DNA from: an uncultured Alphaproteobacteria bacterium
GTDB taxonomy: Bacteria; Pseudomonadota; Alphaproteobacteria; ATCC43930; CGMCC-115725
Length of the DNA stretch: 64,000 nt
Reading direction: 5' to 3'
Assembly: GCA_963818695.1 (NCBI GenBank)
Contig: CAWFTG010000001.1
Span: 347,027-411,026, forward strand
Positions 28,899-37,995 of the stretch are shown here, piece by piece. Positions within the stretch are counted from its first letter, which is position 1. The number at the start of each line of letters is the position of its first letter. The notes below the pieces were generated by a model. That model worked only from the letters and a program-made list of their open reading frames with translations, did no database searches and was not told the DNA's origin. The position numbers were made by a program, and so were the translations under genes.

Positions 28899-29090
28899 GC
28901 TCGGCGAGCGTAAGTCAGACGAGTCGGCCGGAGGAACCAGATTGAACCGCGGGCGAAGTACCGTAGCTGACGGTCGCGTTCCCGCCACTAATCACGCCGG
29001 GGGATTGCGCACCACTCGTCGAGACTTGCGGGCCGCCGGACTGGCTGCCGATTGTCCAGGCGGCGATGCCAAGCGCGCCGATTCATCAGC
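28725..29090 (-). pseudogene. frame-broken remnant(s) of a small secreted protein carrying the T-x-G-x-x-SPG-h-h-x-GG-x-h-x-V-x-Y module
   Basis: Minus-strand frames give (MNRRA)LGIAAWTIGSQSGGPQVSTSGAQSPGVISGGNATVSYGTSPAVQSGSSGRLV*, and in another frame GTVHTKGNESPGIVAGGKVGVEYEPIPL.... Confidence 0.35.
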
Positions 29091-29193
29091 GCGACGTAAT
29101 CACACCGGGTCATCGGCGGCTCGGCTGCCGTCTCGGCGTCAGGCGGCGTGCTGCTTGACCCAGTAGACCTGGAGTCCTTCCGATCACTCGGCT

Positions 29194-30084
29194 TCAGTCC
29201 GAGGCGACACGGGAGTTCGGCTCATCCCCGGTCGATGGACTTCCCTTTCGGATAATCCCGAACAAACCTGTGCCGTCGAACCTCGGTCCCGGGTCAGGAC
29301 GGACCGGCTCAGCTGGACAGCAGAGGAACTGAGGACACTGATTGGCCTGGACGAAAGAACGATATCCCCAGTTCAAATCGATGTCGTCGACGACTAGCGC
29401 CATCCCGGGTCGCAAGGCCGTCCACGCCATATCCAGCTCAAAGCGCACATTGCTCTCGCTGTGTCGACTGTCATGTACGAAGAGATCGATCGGTCCGATC
29501 TGAGCAAGCAGCTGCGGTAGGCGCCGGCGACTCGATCCGCGAATGAGTGTCCATCTATTGCGGTGTCGCTGATCCACTGCTGCACCGACGCTTCGGGCCA
29601 GCTTGGGTTGGAGCAGAGGCGGTAGGTCAATGCTCCATAAATGACCGGTTCCGTTCCGCCCCAGTGCCTCCAGGATGAAGCGCGAGGTCAGCCCATGAGC
29701 CACCCCCGTTTCGACAACTTTCGTCGGCTGCAGATGTCGAACCAGAAACCAGATCGCACGAACAAATGCCGGGTCACCATCATTATAGATGCCATAATTG
29801 GCCGGGCCCACTCGCATGCCTCGCGCGGCGAGTTCGTTTGATGTTTCAAGCCAGATTTGCCGGAACTCATTTAACACCGCTTCGTTCGCAGCGATGCCGA
29901 ACATCATCAGAAGTTTTGCTTCCCAATCTGCGTCTACTGGATAAGCGCAGGGTAATTCGGTAATCTCCTTGCGCTCGGCAAGCTTCGACTGCAGAAGTAA
30001 CCAAGACTCTACTGGGTCCATTCCGACGGCGCGCGCAATTTGCAGTGCCTTGGAGAAATGACGCAAAGGAGTAATGAGGTTCAC
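29194..30084 (-). CDS. class I SAM-dependent methyltransferase (O-methyltransferase family 3 / CmcI-like)
   Basis: 296-aa ORF in a distinctly lower-GC block. SAM-binding region is PTKVVETGVAHGLTSRFILEAL ... IDLFVHDSRHSESN ... ALVVDDI. Confidence 0.7.
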   Translation of the reverse strand: MNLITPLRHFSKALQIARAVGMDPVESWLLLQSKLAERKEITELPCAYPVDADWEAKLLMMFGIAANEAVLNEFRQIWLETSNELAARGMRVGPANYGIYNDGDPAFVRAIWFLVRHLQPTKVVETGVAHGLTSRFILEALGRNGTGHLWSIDLPPLLQPKLARSVGAAVDQRHRNRWTLIRGSSRRRLPQLLAQIGPIDLFVHDSRHSESNVRFELDMAWTALRPGMALVVDDIDLNWGYRSFVQANQCPQFLCCPAEPVRPDPGPRFDGTGLFGIIRKGSPSTGDEPNSRVASD

Positions 30085-30192
30085 TTTCCCGCCCCGGAAT
30101 TCTGCTCAGTTCAAGGATGAACCACTGTTTTACAACGGCGTTCAAGCCCAAACTGTTGATATAGAAGATTATACGCAGTCAAACCTTACCGA

Positions 30193-30424
30193 TCAAACCC
30201 AAATGGAGCTTTGCCTGTTGGCGGTGAATTTACCGACATACGTGAACGGAAATGCGCCATCGCGTGCGGATAGCGGAAGAGGCGGTGTCCCGGCGGCGGC
30301 GTTTCCACCAATGTGGCCCTGACAGGTGGCGCGGGCGAGACCGTGCTGGCTGCAGCCGCCAGCTGATTCCCCGCCGCAATAGAGGCCGGGGATAGCCTCG
30401 CCGTTGATATCTATATCCCCGCCC
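30193..30424 (-). pseudogene. C-terminal fragment of an FAD-dependent oxidoreductase (fumarate reductase/ketosteroid dehydrogenase-like flavoprotein)
   Basis: The minus-strand translation is FTGGDIDINGEAIPGLYCGGESAGGCSQHGLARATCQGHIGGNAAAGT...*, which has the conserved PGLYAAGE-xxGG C-terminal FAD motif. The upstream part is cut off where repeat copy B begins. Confidence 0.5.
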
Positions 30425-30705
30425 GTGAAGTAGAAATCGCGATCCCGGCGGCTTCAAGGTCGGCCCGCAAACCCGCGCCGCGATAAAATCCCTCCCCGGC
30501 ATCATCGACGTGCACGATATTTAAGGGTGCCTTTACGGCCACGTCGGCATCCGTCGTCCGCGCATCTAAAAATATCTGCATTGCGCACCCGTCATTTGGT
30601 TCCGGACTGCGATGGTGCGGCAGGGGGTGTCGGCCCGTACTCGACCCCGACCTTGCCGCCGGCGGCGATGCCGGGAGATTCATTGCCTTTTGTGTGCACC
30701 GTTCC
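30413..30705. repeat. direct repeat copy B (decayed copy of the dnaE 3' end plus downstream sequence)
   Basis: See copy A. The dnaE-derived part carries a 1-nt deletion (gcgatcccggcgg versus gcgatccccggcgg) and is not attached to any dnaE body. Confidence 0.85.
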
Positions 30706-31616
30706 AGCCTGCGCCAGGTGCTCCGTGCCCGCTCTCCCGCTCGCCGAGACGGAAGAGCGCGAGGCCGAGGCTGAGCTGGGCCATTGCCCATTGAATCGGC
30801 ACGCGCTCGCGGGTGTTTTCTTGCAGTGCAAGCTGGAGCGTATTGATCGCACTCCGAGCGCGGTGTTGTCGCCGCGTTCATAGCCCCACTGCGTCAATGC
30901 GTGTGCCAGGACAAGTAGGAATTGCCCCTTCTGGTCAGGGTGCCCAGCTGGCACGAGGTCCACTGCTTGCTGGGAGTGCCGCGCCGCGGCCTCATAATCC
31001 AGTCTGGTCATGGCGATGTCGCCGCGCACGCTGCGGTCATGGGCGGCGCGGAGCAAACGTTGATCGGCGGCCGCTTGGGCCTGCTGCGCGAGTTGCTGGG
31101 CCTGGTGTGCCGCCGCGATTTCCACCTGCTCGGCTTGGCTTACCAGCTCATCGGCTTCGTCGAGGTGGGCCAGCCTTGAAGGCGACATCGGCGCGCGCGA
31201 CGACATCGCGCGTGATAGGGTCTTGCGGATCCAGCGCTTTCAACCGTTCCATCGCCGACTTGTATTGTTCGGCGACCCCGGTCAGCTTTCGCGGCAGCTT
31301 TTCGAGCGGGACGTCCTGCTGTCCGATAATGCGCAGCATCGAAACCGCTGCGCCCTGGGTGACGCCCAATCGATTGCTGAGGTCGACGATCTTATCTGCG
31401 AGCGGCCCCACGGGCGCCGGTCGTCGCAGCTCTTGTCAGCTCCTGGACCTGCTCGGGAGTGAGCCCGTAGGTGACGGCGACATTGCCGCTGGCGGTTATC
31501 GCCGGGCTCTGAGAGCCTTGCGTCTCGACCCGCTGCGGCTGCTGAGCAAGCGCCGGCAACGCCAACGCCGCAAATCCCAAGAGCTGGAGGACACGCTTGA
31601 GGGGCCACCAAGCCAT
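30592..31616 (-). pseudogene. secreted TPR-repeat protein, frame-broken (>=4 shifts) and 3'-truncated/fused into repeat copy B
   Basis: The pieces are: a signal peptide MAWWPLKRVLQLLGFAALALPALAQQ; then VETQGSQSPAITASGNVAVTYGLTPEQVQEL (ORF 31392-31694); GPLADKIVDLSNRLGVTQGAAVSMLRII... (ORF 31148-31411); RLAHLDEADELV...ALTQWGYERGDNTAL (ORF 30592-31206); and, in a third frame, AINTLQLALQENTRERVPIQWAMAQLSLGLALFRLGERESG. Confidence 0.6.
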
Positions 31617-31768
31617 CCCGCAGCGGCGTGGTAGGGTCGCGATATACGTCAGTGACGGAACCGGGACCACGTGCACGGCCTGGTCTCTTATCACGCCGCA
31701 AGGGCGGCATCAGCCGACCTTTCAGCGTTTGTGCAGATATCGGACCGAGCGGCTCTCGAAAAATCGCG

Positions 31769-32569
31769 TCAGCCGCCAGTCGAGCTGGCCGGCGGCTCGA
31801 GCAGCGCATCGCCAATGGCGACCTCGCCGCCGGCCACTACCTCGGCGTAGACACCCATATTGATGTGGCCGAAGGCGCGCCCGAGGGCGGCGACGATGTC
31901 GAGGTCGCGTTCCGCCGTGGCAGGATTGACCTGGGTTGCCGCACATCTGGTGATCGGCGAGATGACCCGCAGCCGTGCGGCTCCGACGGTGATTTCGGAG
32001 TTGATCCAGTCGTGCTCGCTCCACGCCGATGCCCCGTCGAAATAGAGGTTGGCGCGAAAACGGATTGGGTCGACCGGCACGCCCATCGTGGCTTCGAGCG
32101 CCGCGATGCTCGCGCGGTTGATCAGAGAAACGTATTTATCGCTCGTCGCATTCGGTTTTCGGCGCGCATCGGCAAAGGCATGTCCCGGCGCCTCGACGAC
32201 GCGCAGCGGCCCCTTTACGGCATCGCCGAGAAGATCAGTGAAAAATTCTGCAACCAAGCTGCGTCCCGCGGTCTCGGTCATCCGCGCGCACAACAGGACC
32301 CGGCCGTTTTGAGCGATCGTGAAGACCCCGCTTTTCGCGTCGAAGCGGGTCTGCAACTGCGCGAGCTTTTCGTCGCGCATCAGCATGATGAAATGGATCT
32401 TCGACAGCCATTCCGGGCGCTGCGGATCGAAGAGTGTCGAGCCGAGCGCGATCGCAAAGCGCCGATCGTGCGGCAGGCACTCGCCTGGGATGAGGGTCAC
32501 GCGCCCCATTCTTTCCGCGCTCAGGCCCTTTACCGGGTAGCGGTAGATCGCGGCAATGGAGGCGGCCAT
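31769..32569 (-). CDS. MOSC domain-containing protein
   Basis: The IYRYPVKGLSAE N-terminus (MOSC_N beta-barrel) and the C-terminal ITRCAATQVNP motif with the conserved Cys. Confidence 0.8.
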   Translation of the reverse strand: MAASIAAIYRYPVKGLSAERMGRVTLIPGECLPHDRRFAIALGSTLFDPQRPEWLSKIHFIMLMRDEKLAQLQTRFDAKSGVFTIAQNGRVLLCARMTETAGRSLVAEFFTDLLGDAVKGPLRVVEAPGHAFADARRKPNATSDKYVSLINRASIAALEATMGVPVDPIRFRANLYFDGASAWSEHDWINSEITVGAARLRVISPITRCAATQVNPATAERDLDIVAALGRAFGHINMGVYAEVVAGGEVAIGDALLEPPASSTGG

Positions 32570-32956
32570 GCGGGCAACCTACCTCTCGCCTGCCCCAGGG
32601 GCAACAGCACCTTCCCCTGTCAGAAACCCGAGGCCGGACCCAAAATTGCCGTAATGGCATGGTAACCATCGCACCGAGTGGTTCTCATGCCGGGGCAAAT
32701 AGCGACGTGGGCGATGCCCCCGCGCCATTCCTGGCTGTTCTCTCGCTGTATTAACAGCGATAGTCGGCGAACACGGTTGGTTCCGCACACACGCAGCAAA
32801 CGTGATCCTTGCGGGTCTAAAAAAGTCGGCGGCGCGCCGTCACTTTCGAGTAATCGGCCCGGCCGAACTTCGACAGCGGTTCGTTTGCTGATACGCTAGG
32901 CGTTCTGTCCGGAGCCTATTGGAGAGCAATCATGCCAATGAAATCCGCGCATATCA

Positions 32957-34363
32957 TTGATTGCCCTGGCTGCAAGCGCCGCGGCCGTGCTGGCGCTGTC
33001 GTCGACGTCGGCACAGCAACAGGCAGCGCCGGGCCAAGGCTCTGTTACAAAGGAAGAGCTGGCGCAGAATTTCCAGGCCGAGCACGAGGTTGGCCGGCGC
33101 TACCATTTCGATCCCAATGACCTGCCGCCGCCGAAGACCGGGCCGATCGTCGCCGACCGGTCGATGATCGTGCCCTTCAACGGGCAGAAATTGGAGGTGC
33201 CGCCAGGCTTCACCGCGGCGCCGTTCGTGACGGGTCTCGTCAATCCGCGGCGGCTGCTCGTGTTGCCCAACGGCGACGTGTTGGTCGCCGAGCAGAGCGC
33301 CGGCTATGTGACCCTGCTGCGCGACGACGGCGAAGGCCGCGCCAAATGGATCGACCGCCATGTCGAGGACCTCAACCGGCCTTATGGCCTCGCGCTGCGC
33401 GGCGACGAGATCCTCGTCGCCGACCAGGACGCGATCTGGCGCGTGCCGCACATCGTCGGTAATTTGCGGGCCGGCCGCCCGGTGCCGCCGGAAAAGGCCG
33501 AAGAGGTGCCGCCCGACCAGCGCAAGCCGGTGCCGGGCGCCTATGGCGCGGAATTGCTGACCAAGAAGGGCGTCTTCGGCATCGCGGTCGGCCACCAGAA
33601 CCGTCATCTGGCGATCGATCCGAAGACCGGCGGCCTCTATGTCGGGGTCGGCTCGTCCGGCAATATCGGCGTCGAGCCCGAGCCCAAGGCGACGATTCAG
33701 CGCTTCGATGCCGACGGCTCGAACCAGACGACGGTCGCCTCCGGCACGCGCAACCCGACCGCCCTCGCCTTTCAGCCGCAGACCGGTGAGTTGTGGGCGG
33801 TTGTTCAGGAGCGCGACGGGCTCGGCGACAACCTGCCGTCCGATTACCTGATCCGCGTGCAGCAGGGCGGGTTCTACGGCTGGCCCTACGCCTATATCGG
33901 CAAGCACCCGCAGCCCGGCTTCGCGCAGCTCGCCCCCGACAAGGTGGAGGCGACGATCACGCCCGACCTGCTTTTCCAGGCGCATTCCTCGCTGCTCGAC
34001 CTCGTCTTCTACGAGGGCGACCAGTTCCCGGCGGAATACAAGGGGAGCCTCTTCGTCGCGCTGAAGGGGTCATGGAACCGCTCGATCCCGACCGGCTACA
34101 AGGTCGTCCGGGTGCCGTTCAAGGACGGCCGGCCGGAAGGCTATTATGAGAATTTCGCGACCGGCTTCTGGGCATCGGGCGAACAGCGGGCCGAGGTGTG
34201 GGGCCGCCCCGCCGCGCTCGCCGTCGCCAAGGACGGCTCCTTGCTCGTCGCCGACGACACCGGCGGCACGATCTGGCGAATTTCGTACAAGGGCCCGCCC
34301 GCTGAGCATGCCGGCGGACCTGCCGAGAGCACCGGGTCCGAGGCGAAGAAGCCGCCACGATGA
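32957..34363 (+). CDS. PQQ-dependent sugar (sorbosone/glucose) dehydrogenase family protein, secreted; true start probably ATG 32932 with a 1-nt frame slip
   Basis: Beta-propeller-type sequence ending LLVADDTGGTIWRISYKG. The open frame starts only at TTG 32957 with no SD. ATG 32932 has GGAGAG 5 nt upstream and encodes MPMKSAHII, which would complete a normal signal peptide. Confidence 0.75.
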   Translation: MIALAASAAAVLALSSTSAQQQAAPGQGSVTKEELAQNFQAEHEVGRRYHFDPNDLPPPKTGPIVADRSMIVPFNGQKLEVPPGFTAAPFVTGLVNPRRLLVLPNGDVLVAEQSAGYVTLLRDDGEGRAKWIDRHVEDLNRPYGLALRGDEILVADQDAIWRVPHIVGNLRAGRPVPPEKAEEVPPDQRKPVPGAYGAELLTKKGVFGIAVGHQNRHLAIDPKTGGLYVGVGSSGNIGVEPEPKATIQRFDADGSNQTTVASGTRNPTALAFQPQTGELWAVVQERDGLGDNLPSDYLIRVQQGGFYGWPYAYIGKHPQPGFAQLAPDKVEATITPDLLFQAHSSLLDLVFYEGDQFPAEYKGSLFVALKGSWNRSIPTGYKVVRVPFKDGRPEGYYENFATGFWASGEQRAEVWGRPAALAVAKDGSLLVADDTGGTIWRISYKGPPAEHAGGPAESTGSEAKKPPR

Positions 34364-35337
34364 AGCTCGATCTCGAGACCCTGGAGACCGCGGCGGCGTT
34401 TGTTCATCAGATCGTGCCGCCGACCCCGCAATATTGCTGGCCACTGCTGACCAGGCGGGTCGGCGCCGAGCTGTGGGTGAAGCATGAGAACCACACGCCT
34501 ATCGGCTCCTTCAAGATCCGGGGCGGGCTGGTTTATCTCGACGCGGTCAGGCGGTCGCAGCCCGATATCCGGGGCGTGGTGACCGCAACCACGGGCAACC
34601 ACGGCCAGAGCATCGCGCTCGCCGCGGCGCGGCTGGGGCTCGATGCGAGGATTGTCGTGCCCCACGGCAACAGCGTCGAGAAGAACCGGGCGATGGCCGG
34701 ATTCGGTGCGCTGCTCGTCGAAGCCGGACACGATTTCCAGGCCGCGTTCGAGCATGCGACCGAATTGGCCCAACGCGAAAAGCGGCATTTCGTGCACTCC
34801 TACGATCCGCTGCTGGTGCGCGGCGTCGCCAGCTACGCGCTCGAACTGTTCCGCGCGGTTCCCAACCTCGACGTGGTCTATGTCCCGATCGGGCTCGGCA
34901 GCGGCATCTCGGGGGTGATCGCGGCGCGCGACGCGCTGGGGCTTCGCACCGAGATCGTCGGCGTCGTCGCCGCCAACGCCCCGACCTATGCGCTGTCCTT
35001 CGCCGCCGGCGCGCCGGTCAGCACCAATTCCGCCGACACGATGGCCGGCGGGCTCGCCGTGCGGGTGCCCGACCCGGAAGCGCTCGACATAATCCGCCGC
35101 GGCGCCGCGCGGATTGTCACCGTCTCTGAGGCCGAGATGCGCCGCGCGATGCGCATCCTGTTCAGCGACACCCACAACGCCGCCGAGGGCGCCGGTGCCG
35201 CAGCCCTCGCCGCCGCTTTGCAGGACCGCGCTCGCCTCGCCGGCAAGCGGGTCGCCGTCATTCAATCCGGCGGCAACATCGACCGCACACTCTTCGCCGA
35301 AGTGCTCGCGGAGGAAGACGCGGCAGCGATACCTTAG
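34360..35337 (+). CDS. threonine/serine dehydratase (PLP-dependent)
   Basis: The HENHTPIGSFKIRGG PLP-lysine motif and TATTGNHGQS. The start overlaps the preceding stop (ATGA). Confidence 0.85.
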   Translation: MKLDLETLETAAAFVHQIVPPTPQYCWPLLTRRVGAELWVKHENHTPIGSFKIRGGLVYLDAVRRSQPDIRGVVTATTGNHGQSIALAAARLGLDARIVVPHGNSVEKNRAMAGFGALLVEAGHDFQAAFEHATELAQREKRHFVHSYDPLLVRGVASYALELFRAVPNLDVVYVPIGLGSGISGVIAARDALGLRTEIVGVVAANAPTYALSFAAGAPVSTNSADTMAGGLAVRVPDPEALDIIRRGAARIVTVSEAEMRRAMRILFSDTHNAAEGAGAAALAAALQDRARLAGKRVAVIQSGGNIDRTLFAEVLAEEDAAAIP

Positions 35338-36185
35338 GCAATGCGAAGCGCCAGAACCTCGTCACGTCTGTGGCCGGCGATCGTCGCGGCTACCGCCGCG
35401 ATAAATGCGCCGACCAGCATTGAGAAGGCAGTAAAAAACGCGCCGGTCGCAGCTACTTTGCGAGCCGTATCGGCGGCTTGGCGGGCTTTAACTTCGGCGT
35501 CCTTGGCCTTGGCGATGACGTCATCGACCCGCTTTTGGGCGTCGGCTTGGCTGATCCCGGTCCGGGCGGCGACAAGCTGGGCGAGATAGGTCTTATCCGA
35601 TGGTGGGACGTCGCCATTGCGCAGCCCCGAAACGATGATTCTGGTAGCTTCGGCGCGGACATCCTGTGGGCTGGCGTTGGCGTCCGGGTGGTCGGAGCGG
35701 AACAAAGTGTCGACCAGATAGCCCGTCGGATCGACATTGCCCGACTGACCTGCGGCCGCGCCGGAGCCCTGGGCTGCGGCGGTGGCGAGCGAGCCCGCGC
35801 CTCGCGCTGCGCTCCCGACCACGGAGGAGACGACAGACGACAGCGCCGCCGCCATGATCACGGCAGCGACGGCCCACGCGAGAAAGCCGTGAGCTGTGTC
35901 GCGGAAGTAAACTTCGTCAGTATGAACCCCGACCCATTTGGTCCGCAACCGACCGGTGACATAGCCGCCCAACGCGGCCGACAGCCATTGCACAATGATC
36001 AGCCAAACCGCCGCCCAGACGCCGAATGTGGTCGCCGAGGGCCCGGAATTATACCATGGCGACACCGAAGCCAAGCCAAGGCCAGACCCGAGGGCCAGCA
36101 GTATCAGCGCGGCCGCGGCGATCGCGAACGCGCCGGCGATGATCGCCGGCCATGAGACCGCTGAAACTGACGCTTTCGACGGCAC
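35334..36185 (-). CDS. hypothetical membrane protein (start uncertain)
   Basis: Four or so TM segments, a Gly/Ala/Ser-rich linker, and a C-terminal TM segment. The frame is open to 36422, but the first plausible in-frame start is GTG 36185. An SD-preceded ATG at 36240 is in another frame. Confidence 0.5.
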   Translation of the reverse strand: MPSKASVSAVSWPAIIAGAFAIAAAALILLALGSGLGLASVSPWYNSGPSATTFGVWAAVWLIIVQWLSAALGGYVTGRLRTKWVGVHTDEVYFRDTAHGFLAWAVAAVIMAAALSSVVSSVVGSAARGAGSLATAAAQGSGAAAGQSGNVDPTGYLVDTLFRSDHPDANASPQDVRAEATRIIVSGLRNGDVPPSDKTYLAQLVAARTGISQADAQKRVDDVIAKAKDAEVKARQAADTARKVAATGAFFTAFSMLVGAFIAAVAATIAGHRRDEVLALRIA

Positions 36186-36262
36186 CGCTCCGGGCTGTGA
36201 CAACTTGCCCGTCTCGCACCAGATCGCTCGAGCTTTGCATGATCCCCCCCTCGCCCTTCCGG

Positions 36263-36337
36263 TTAGTGCCAGAGCAGCAACAGAATGATGATGATGGGGA
36301 TCGGAATCCCCAGAAGCCATAACAGGATTGCACCCAC
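36263..36337 (-). CDS. candidate 24-aa hydrophobic peptide (MGAILLWLLGIPIPIIIILLLLWH)
   Basis: GTG at 36337 lies 7 nt after GGAGGA. It would form a single TM helix, stops at TAA 36263-36265, and sits directly upstream of the membrane-protein gene. Confidence 0.3.
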   Translation of the reverse strand: MGAILLWLLGIPIPIIIILLLLWH

Positions 36338-36463
36338 GGTTGCGTCCTCCAAAGATCGATTGCCTAAAAAAACAGCAAGGGGATGACAACGTTCCGTGCA
36401 GACTGCGTCGATTTTCAATCAAACGGAAGGGGTAGGTTGCCGATGTTCGCTGTTTCCGAGTCT

Positions 36464-37618
36464 TCAGCCTTTGGCAATTTCGCGGGCGATGACCAGCCGC
36501 TGGATGTCGCTGGTGCCCTCGTAGATCTGGCAGACGCGGACGTCGCGGTAGATGCGCTCGACCGGGAAATCGGCGACATAGCCGTAGCCGCCATGGATCT
36601 GGATCGCGTCGGAGGCGACCCGTTCGGCGATCTCGGAGGCGAAGAGCTTGGCCATCGACGCCTCCTTGATGCAGGGCTCGCCGGCATCGCGCCGCGCCGC
36701 GGCGTCGAGCACCAGACCGCGCGCCGCGGCGATCTGGGTCGCCATGTCTGCGAGGCGGAACGCGACCGCCTGCTGCTCGATGATCGGCTTGCCGAAGGCC
36801 TCGCGCTCGTGGGCATAGGCAAGCGCGGCCTCATAGGCCGCGCGCGCCATGCCGATCGACTGGGCGCCGACGCCGATGCGGCCGCCTTCGAGGTTGGAGA
36901 GCGCGATCTTGTAGCCTTCGCCTTCCGCGCCCAGCATCAGATCGGGGGTCAGCTCGACGTCCTCGAAGACGAGCTGCGCGGTGTCGGAGGCCCGCTGGCC
37001 GAGCTTGTGCTCGACCCGCGCAACACGAAAACCGGGGCTGTCGGTCGGCACGAGAAAGGCGCTGATGCCCTTCTTGCCTTGTTCGGGGTCGGTCACCGCG
37101 AAGACGATCGCGATTTGCGCATGCTTGCCGGAGGAGATGAACTGCTTGGTGCCGCTGAGCACCCAGCGGTTGTCATGGCGCCGCGCTCGCGTTTTGATCG
37201 CCGCTGCGTCGGAGCCGGCCTGGGGCTCAGTAAGACAGAAGCAGGCGAGCATCTCACCCTTCGCCATCGGCATGAGAAAGCGCCGCTTCTGCTCCTCCGA
37301 ACCGTATTCCAACACCGGCATGCAGGCGACCGAGTTCTGCACGCTGAGAATCGTCGCGACAGCGCCCTCGCCGGCCGCGATCTCCTCCATGACCAGCGCG
37401 TAGCCGATATGGTCGGCCCCCGCCCCGCCATGTTCCTCCGGCACCAACATGCCCATGAACCCGAGCTTGCCGAGTTCGGCGACCGCCTCGGCTGGAAACC
37501 GCGCCTCGCGGTCGCGCTCCGCGGCATGCGGTACCAGCCAGTCGCGCGCAAAATCCCGCGCGACATCGCGCAAAATACGGTGCTCGTCTGTCAGCCTCAT
37601 CGGATAAGCCTCATTCAA
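36464..37618 (-). CDS. acyl-CoA dehydrogenase (short/branched-chain type)
   Basis: 384 aa, with GMLVPEEHGGAG, CLTEPQAGSDAA, and the C-terminal QIYEGTSDIQRLVIAREI. Confidence 0.9.
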   Translation of the reverse strand: MNEAYPMRLTDEHRILRDVARDFARDWLVPHAAERDREARFPAEAVAELGKLGFMGMLVPEEHGGAGADHIGYALVMEEIAAGEGAVATILSVQNSVACMPVLEYGSEEQKRRFLMPMAKGEMLACFCLTEPQAGSDAAAIKTRARRHDNRWVLSGTKQFISSGKHAQIAIVFAVTDPEQGKKGISAFLVPTDSPGFRVARVEHKLGQRASDTAQLVFEDVELTPDLMLGAEGEGYKIALSNLEGGRIGVGAQSIGMARAAYEAALAYAHEREAFGKPIIEQQAVAFRLADMATQIAAARGLVLDAAARRDAGEPCIKEASMAKLFASEIAERVASDAIQIHGGYGYVADFPVERIYRDVRVCQIYEGTSDIQRLVIAREIAKG

Positions 37619-37623
37619 TGACT

Positions 37624-37995
37624 TCAGTGTCCGACCAGCTTTGCCACAGCGAAAACGGCCCCGACGATCGCAACGATGTTGACGACGAGCAAACCTAGAA
37701 TCAGGCCAAATACTCGGTTCAGAATGTCCGCCTTGATCGCCTCGATTTTCGCTTCGAGACGCAGCTCGGATTGGCGCAGCTCGTTGCGGAGATCGGCGAT
37801 CTCGGCCTTGAGCTCACTCCGAAGCTCGGCAAGCTCTGCCTTGAGCCCGCCGCGAAGATCGCCGATGTCTGCCTTTGTAGGAAAATCGGCGGCCTGCGAC
37901 GCCTCCTGCAGCGTGACGACGACTGCTTCGGCTTGCGGATCGCTGAAGCCGGCTTCCCGCAATCGTTTGGCAACCCTCAGCGTGTCTATCGCCAT
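37624..37995 (-). CDS. DUF1640-like coiled-coil protein with C-terminal TM anchor
   Basis: MAIDTLRVAKRLREAGFSDPQAEAVV..., heptad-like LKAELAELRSELKAEIADLRNEL, and then a hydrophobic tail. Confidence 0.7.
   Translation of the reverse strand: MAIDTLRVAKRLREAGFSDPQAEAVVVTLQEASQAADFPTKADIGDLRGGLKAELAELRSELKAEIADLRNELRQSELRLEAKIEAIKADILNRVFGLILGLLVVNIVAIVGAVFAVAKLVGH

Noticed and set aside
36383-37621. 412-aa plus-strand ORF overlapping the acyl-CoA dehydrogenase gene
   Set aside because: The minus-strand product has unmistakable ACAD motifs. The plus-strand translation is repetitive D/R/A/G/L text.
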